A DNA stretch of 53,535 bases. It comes from Nemertoderma westbladi. Taxonomy: Eukaryota; Animalia; Xenacoelomorpha. Each line of letters starts with the position of its first letter. Within the stretch, counting starts at the first letter, position 1. The stretch is taken from the NCBI GenBank assembly GCA_032718475.1, contig JAUCBJ010001515.1:1-53535 (forward strand), in the 5' to 3' direction. Below, in pieces: positions 48,927 through 53,535 of the stretch. A program made the position numbers and the translations under genes. The notes under the pieces were generated by a model. That model saw nothing but the letters and a program-made list of their open reading frames with translations, ran no database searches and was not told the origin of the DNA.

Positions 48927-50012
48927 TAGCTGGTCGTTTTTGATACAGCAGGACACAAATAGGGCCTACATATTCGTTATGTAATTTTAAATGATTTTTT
49001 TAGAGTAATACATCGAGTAAAATTATTTTCTAATTTTTGATATTCTATTTTCTCACCAGTGTTCCCAAATGGGAACATCAATTTTTAAAGGGAGTAATTT
49101 GGCACAAGATAGTCGTTTTTCTGAATTTTTTTTTCAAATAATAATGTCATATTATTTAAAAACCTAATTTTAATGTCGCCACTGGTTTGGAATATCAAAT
49201 TTGTAACGTTTTTGACCAATATTGTTTGCATGTCCCAAAAATCGAAAAAAATGAGAATTAGCATAAGTAGGCATGTCAAAAGACCAACTTGAAGTTTGAA
49301 AACACTTGAAGTTGAAAATTAAAAACAATATTCCACTCTTCCTAAACATATTAACATTAAAAAAGTAATATAAGCCTAAATTAAATTTCCTCCAGTTGAA
49401 TTTAAAAAACTTCTCCCTATTGCGAACACTGGGAGATAGAAGATTAAGCTGAAACTTGAAAAGCAGGCATCTTCATCCTTACAGAACTGCAGCGCCGTCT
49501 GCATTTCACCAGTCTACAAATAGAGGGTGAAATGTCTGAAAGTGAACATTTTCTCGAAATTTTGTTATTTACAATCTGCTTAAAGATGAAACTTGACAGT
49601 TATCTCCTATGGGGGAGGTCTTTTATGTTAGCAGTTCTCCAATCTGCCACACATTTCTCCACACAAATTCATATATCATCTCCACTAGAAAGCTGTGGCC
49701 CAAAGAGCCACAGGGTTTCTAGTAATAAATGAATTGTTTAGAAATTAAAATGTCTAATAATAAATGAATTGTTTAGAAATTAAAATGTAGACTCTAGGGT
49801 GTAATCAACAACAGTTTATTGATATGTAGGGCCTATATGAAGTATAGGAGATAACAAATCAGTTGAAATTCCATTCACATGTGTTCGCATATACATCCCG
49901 CAGTACAGTACCGTATTAAAAACAAGCGCGAAATAGCTCAAAGGTCCGCGTCTACTAACGCAGAACTGTCTCCTCCTTGATTGGTCTTACTACCAAAAAC
50001 AGTTACGGAAAA

Positions 50013-50077
50013 GTGGGATTGAACTCGGTACCTAGAGATTCCAAGTCCAACGCTCAACCAACTTGGCCACAGCGCCG
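50013..50077 (-). mobile_element. tRNA-derived SINE head
   Basis: A box TGGCCAAGTTGG and B box AGTTCAATCC at tRNA spacing, without a paired acceptor stem. Confidence 0.55.
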
Positions 50078-51552
50078 TGTGACTCCTTATAAAACTAAAA
50101 CCTAACTGGAAATTAGAACAACGACGGTGTGAATACTAGAGGTCTCGATACGCCGACCTAAGAAGGCGTTAAGGGGGGGAGTAGCATCCCCCCCCCCCCC
50201 CTACGTATTTTTTTTATTTTGTACATGTCTTCAATGTGGTTGAAAAATGCATAGAAAACGACATACCATCGAAAAGAGAATCATCAAAAGTACATAAAAA
50301 ATTGGAAAAAAATATTTTTTTGCGCCCCCTAGCTGCCTGCGTCAGATTTTATAAATTTCACTAAAAAGACTACTCCTCCGTCATTTTCAATTTTTATTTT
50401 TCGAGACTACATTTTTTGGAACCAGCATGTTTATATTCATGATAATTTTCACGCACTTTTTTTATTTTCTATTTCTGTTAATTGGCAATTTTGTATAAAA
50501 AAATCACAATTTTTGAAAAATTGAAAAAAACCCATGTTTTTTTGAAAATTTTCATTAAAAAAATGGGGAAACATTATTAAATTAAGAAAAGTATGTGAAA
50601 TTCATTGAAGCCTATACAATTATCTTTCATATAAAGCAAAAATTGCAAAAAACGGTCAAGAAATGGTGGAGGAGTAGTATTTTTCGTACGAAAAAATGCC
50701 ATTCTGAGATAATCGCCTTCAAATTTCAAACCTTCCCGCGCAAAACTACCTATATGGGGTCTGGTTGGTTAATAGTGTCTGACATGAAGGAAACCCACCA
50801 CCGAGCTAAAATTATATTTATGGGGGTTTTCGAGGTCGCTGATTTCATTTCCGATGTCAGTTTTAATATTAAGTCGAATGTAGTCTGTCCGCCTGTCGGT
50901 TGTCTGTCTGTCTGTCTTACATTATGACAGACAGGTTTGCAGACAGCTATTCCACGATAACTCGAGAACTAAAAGAGATCTCTCTAAGCCGTTTTCAGAT
51001 TTGAAATCCCCATTAAAATAAAAAACAAATTTCTGAATTTTTTTCGAGGGGGGGGGGGGGGGGGGGGGGGGAGAGAGGGCTGTTGCGCTAGTAGCTGTGT
51101 AGGCCCACCAGTACTGTGCACGGTACAAGACCCGAAATTTAGCCTACATCTGTAAATAATACACGGTTTCACGGTACAAGACCATATAAATTAGACCACC
51201 ATATGTAAAATGCTCGCGTGAGTTCAGGAGTTGCACAGATGTCAGGATGTGCTGATTCTATATCATCCACTAACGGATTCTGGTAGCCTGGCTGCCTGGA
51301 GCTAGACCACTACAAAAACTGATGCGACAGAGCGAGGTACGGTTAGCCTAATATTTCTCGGAGGCTGGTCCGATAACACTCAACGCATTGTTTGGTTGGA
51401 CATTGACATTATTGCATTACAGTGTACATTATTACATACTGATTAGTATGGATTGATAAATTGGATATATTTGGTTTGAGAAACTAATATCACATAGCTG
51501 CATAGGCATACCTAATCCAGTAATCATATCTTTGCGATAATTATTACTAGAT

Positions 51553-51883
51553 CCACTGGCCCCCAGCCACCTTCAACAAACCATCATTGCCGGGGGGCAC
51601 TCAGCTGATGGGGCGTCTGAGCGCATTAAAAACTCTTAAGAATCGCGACCTAATGGACCGGGGCCATTTCTTTCACCCCATGGCCTTTGAGACCTTGTGC
51701 CACCCCGGTCCAGAGACATCCACCTTCCTCCGGGAGATCGGGGCTCGTCTTCACAGTGCCACCCACGAACCGCGGTCACACCAGTTTCTGCTCCAGAGCC
51801 TGGAGATGGCAATTTTGGTTGGTAATGCAGCCTCAGTCGTGGGGACAGCAACCACGCCGACCATCGGTCTATTCGGGGACTGA
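51553..51883 (+). mobile_element. CRE-clade (restriction-like endonuclease type) non-LTR retrotransposon 3' fragment
   Basis: FHPMAFETLCHPGPETSTFLREIGARL...EPRSHQFLLQSLEMAILVGNAASVVGT matches the conserved C-terminus of CRE-like elements. Confidence 0.82.
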
Positions 51884-53535
51884 AGAGCCGAAACCAATTG
51901 AAACTGTTGAAATGGTTGTCAATGACGGCCGAAGATATTCAATATTCTATCTTATGCAATCTCAAATATTCAATTCGGTACTGTACCTTCAATTCAATAT
52001 TCAATCTTAGTATTATTACTGTGCTTCTTTTATTTAATAATGTGATTAGATAAAAAAAATAAATTAATTAAATATAATTCATCTGTTAATTATTACAAAA
52101 AATCCAAAATTATATTAACTTTTATATAGTTTTGAATTGAATGTTTCGAAATCAATAGTCATTCAATGAACTTAAACAGCAGTGTCATATATCGCGTATC
52201 CCTTGGTTTAATCACTATTCTTTATTCAAGTATAACTGAGTCCTGGCCCACCGCGGGTGGAGGGTGACCTCCACTGATAATTTAAAATTGTAACTCATTC
52301 AATCTTTGTCTAAATTATACCAAACTTGGTAAACATGTAATCTTGTCTATTGGCTAAAATAAACACAACTACTTGCTAAAATTTCCCCTATAATGTTTTT
52401 TCCTATAGAACAGGATGCAGTTTTATTTTAGTAGTAAACAAGCTGTTATTTGCGTCGATTTTCACCTGGAGAGGGAAGAATATTGATTGCCCCTACCTGC
52501 AGTTAAGTGAAAATATTTCGGCACCATTTAATTTTATTATCACGGCCGCGCACCAATCGAAATTAAATGGAAATTAAATTCGTCCAAATGGTCAATAATG
52601 TATTTGAGTTTTTCACCAAACCAAAATGTAAATAAAAACTTTCCTCGCTATTTTAGCCAGAGAATACACAGAATGGGCAAAGCATGACAAATTATTTTAA
52701 GTACGCACCCCCAAGAACTATACTCCCCAGTGAAAATGTTAAGTCATTTAGCGACCATAAAAAGGACACATGCAGAAGATGATCCCCGGCTATTCACTTT
52801 ACAATATTCATGCCGAAATACTGTAAAAACTTACCTGCCCCCCCCCCCCCCCCCCCCCTTGTGGGGTTCGAACACACAAACTCTGGAGCCACACAGAAGG
52901 TCGTGTTACGAATTCAAGGAGAGGTGAGTCCTTTGGTCGTTTAGATCCTGCGTCATTACGTTTAGTGGTGTCATATCCTGGTGTCGTTAAGAGAAAATGG
53001 CAGATGACAGAGACACGTTTACTCTAACCAAAACAATAAGCGATTCAATTCAAGTATATTTAATCATTTAAAATGATATTCAGTTAATGAGTGTAAATAA
53101 CACTGGTTTCAGTTTTATTTTTGCCAAGTTTTAAAATACAGTGCTGTAGATATAAAACCCACTTCATTACGCATGAATAAGGACGCCATAACCTAAGGAC
53201 GCAGGAGCCAATAACCACTCTCAGGATTTAAAGATGCGTTGCTGTAAGAGGCTATTTATTGGTGCTGCTTTTCATTTCTACTGTGTTCGCCTGTTTACAA
53301 TCTAGTGTGTTCTGTTTTGTTCTGTAAAAAGAAACTATCCCATCCGAATAATTGTGAGACTGCATACTGTAAGCGTAGTGGACCATTTTACATCGAGAAC
53401 AAAGTTACAAAGTTATCAAAAAAGTTAACAATTTTTCCCACTTCGCAAATTCGCATACACCACCACTCCCCCCCCCCCTCCCCGTATTTTTAAAAGATAA
53501 TACTTCAAAAATTGCAATTGAACAGTGGCATTAAC

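Larger units (their letters stand above)
45489..49443. mobile_element. TTAA-specific (piggyBac-like) non-autonomous element nested in the Helitron
   Basis: TTAA TSD (45485-45488, 49444-49447); TIR CCTTCTATTTCCCA / TGGGAGATAGAAGA (12/14); removal restores the host repeat word TGTTTAAGCTGAAACTTG; internal TTTGGGAACACTG motifs in both orientations. Confidence 0.85.
45100..49722 (+). mobile_element. Non-autonomous Helitron
   Basis: 5' TC, 3' CTAG (49719-49722), subterminal hairpin CTGTGGC/GCCACAG, (GTCT)n near the 5' end; inserted between A and T with no TSD, splitting a ~35-bp tandem repeat (AATAAATGAATTGTTTAGAAATTAAAATGT) that resumes after 49722. Confidence 0.92.

Noticed and set aside
50100-51075. 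Further transposon fragments (TTAA-GGGG start, GTCT microsatellite, hairpin-like ends)
   Set aside because: Probably repetitive, but I could not pair termini or find a TSD, so no boundaries are claimed.

Overview
AT-rich, repeat-dominated eukaryotic (metazoan, probably invertebrate) genomic DNA, not prokaryotic. The only supportable host gene is a three-coding-exon SKP1 on the minus strand (13029-12862, 12239-12072, 7926-7774; 162 aa, canonical GT-AG phase-0 introns). Nearly all the rest is transposable elements whose ends and target-site duplications (TSDs) can be read directly. These include a 13.46-kb internally deleted BEL/Pao LTR retrotransposon (31015-44473, minus strand, ~98% identical 1193-bp LTRs, TSD GTGAC), a five-level nest of non-autonomous DNA transposons (18194-29145), a Helitron holding a TTAA element with a 52-bp higher-order satellite (45100-49722), several LINE fragments (RTE, CRE, CCHC-finger type), tRNA-derived SINEs and Helentron-like elements. 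Four observations stand out. (1) The BEL/Pao element has no tRNA primer-binding site; the 20 nt directly after its 5' LTR are complementary to a sequence inside its own LTR, as in Tf1-type self-priming. (2) It carries decayed extra non-env ORFs between pol and the 3' LTR. (3) Paralogue comparisons show that the abundant TACCGGTA/TAGGCCTA/TAGCCTA motifs arose as micro-insertions at TA sites, i.e. probable transposon excision scars. (4) Three different TIR families share CAGT...ACTG ends and 5-bp TSDs. All calls were made by eye, without database searches.
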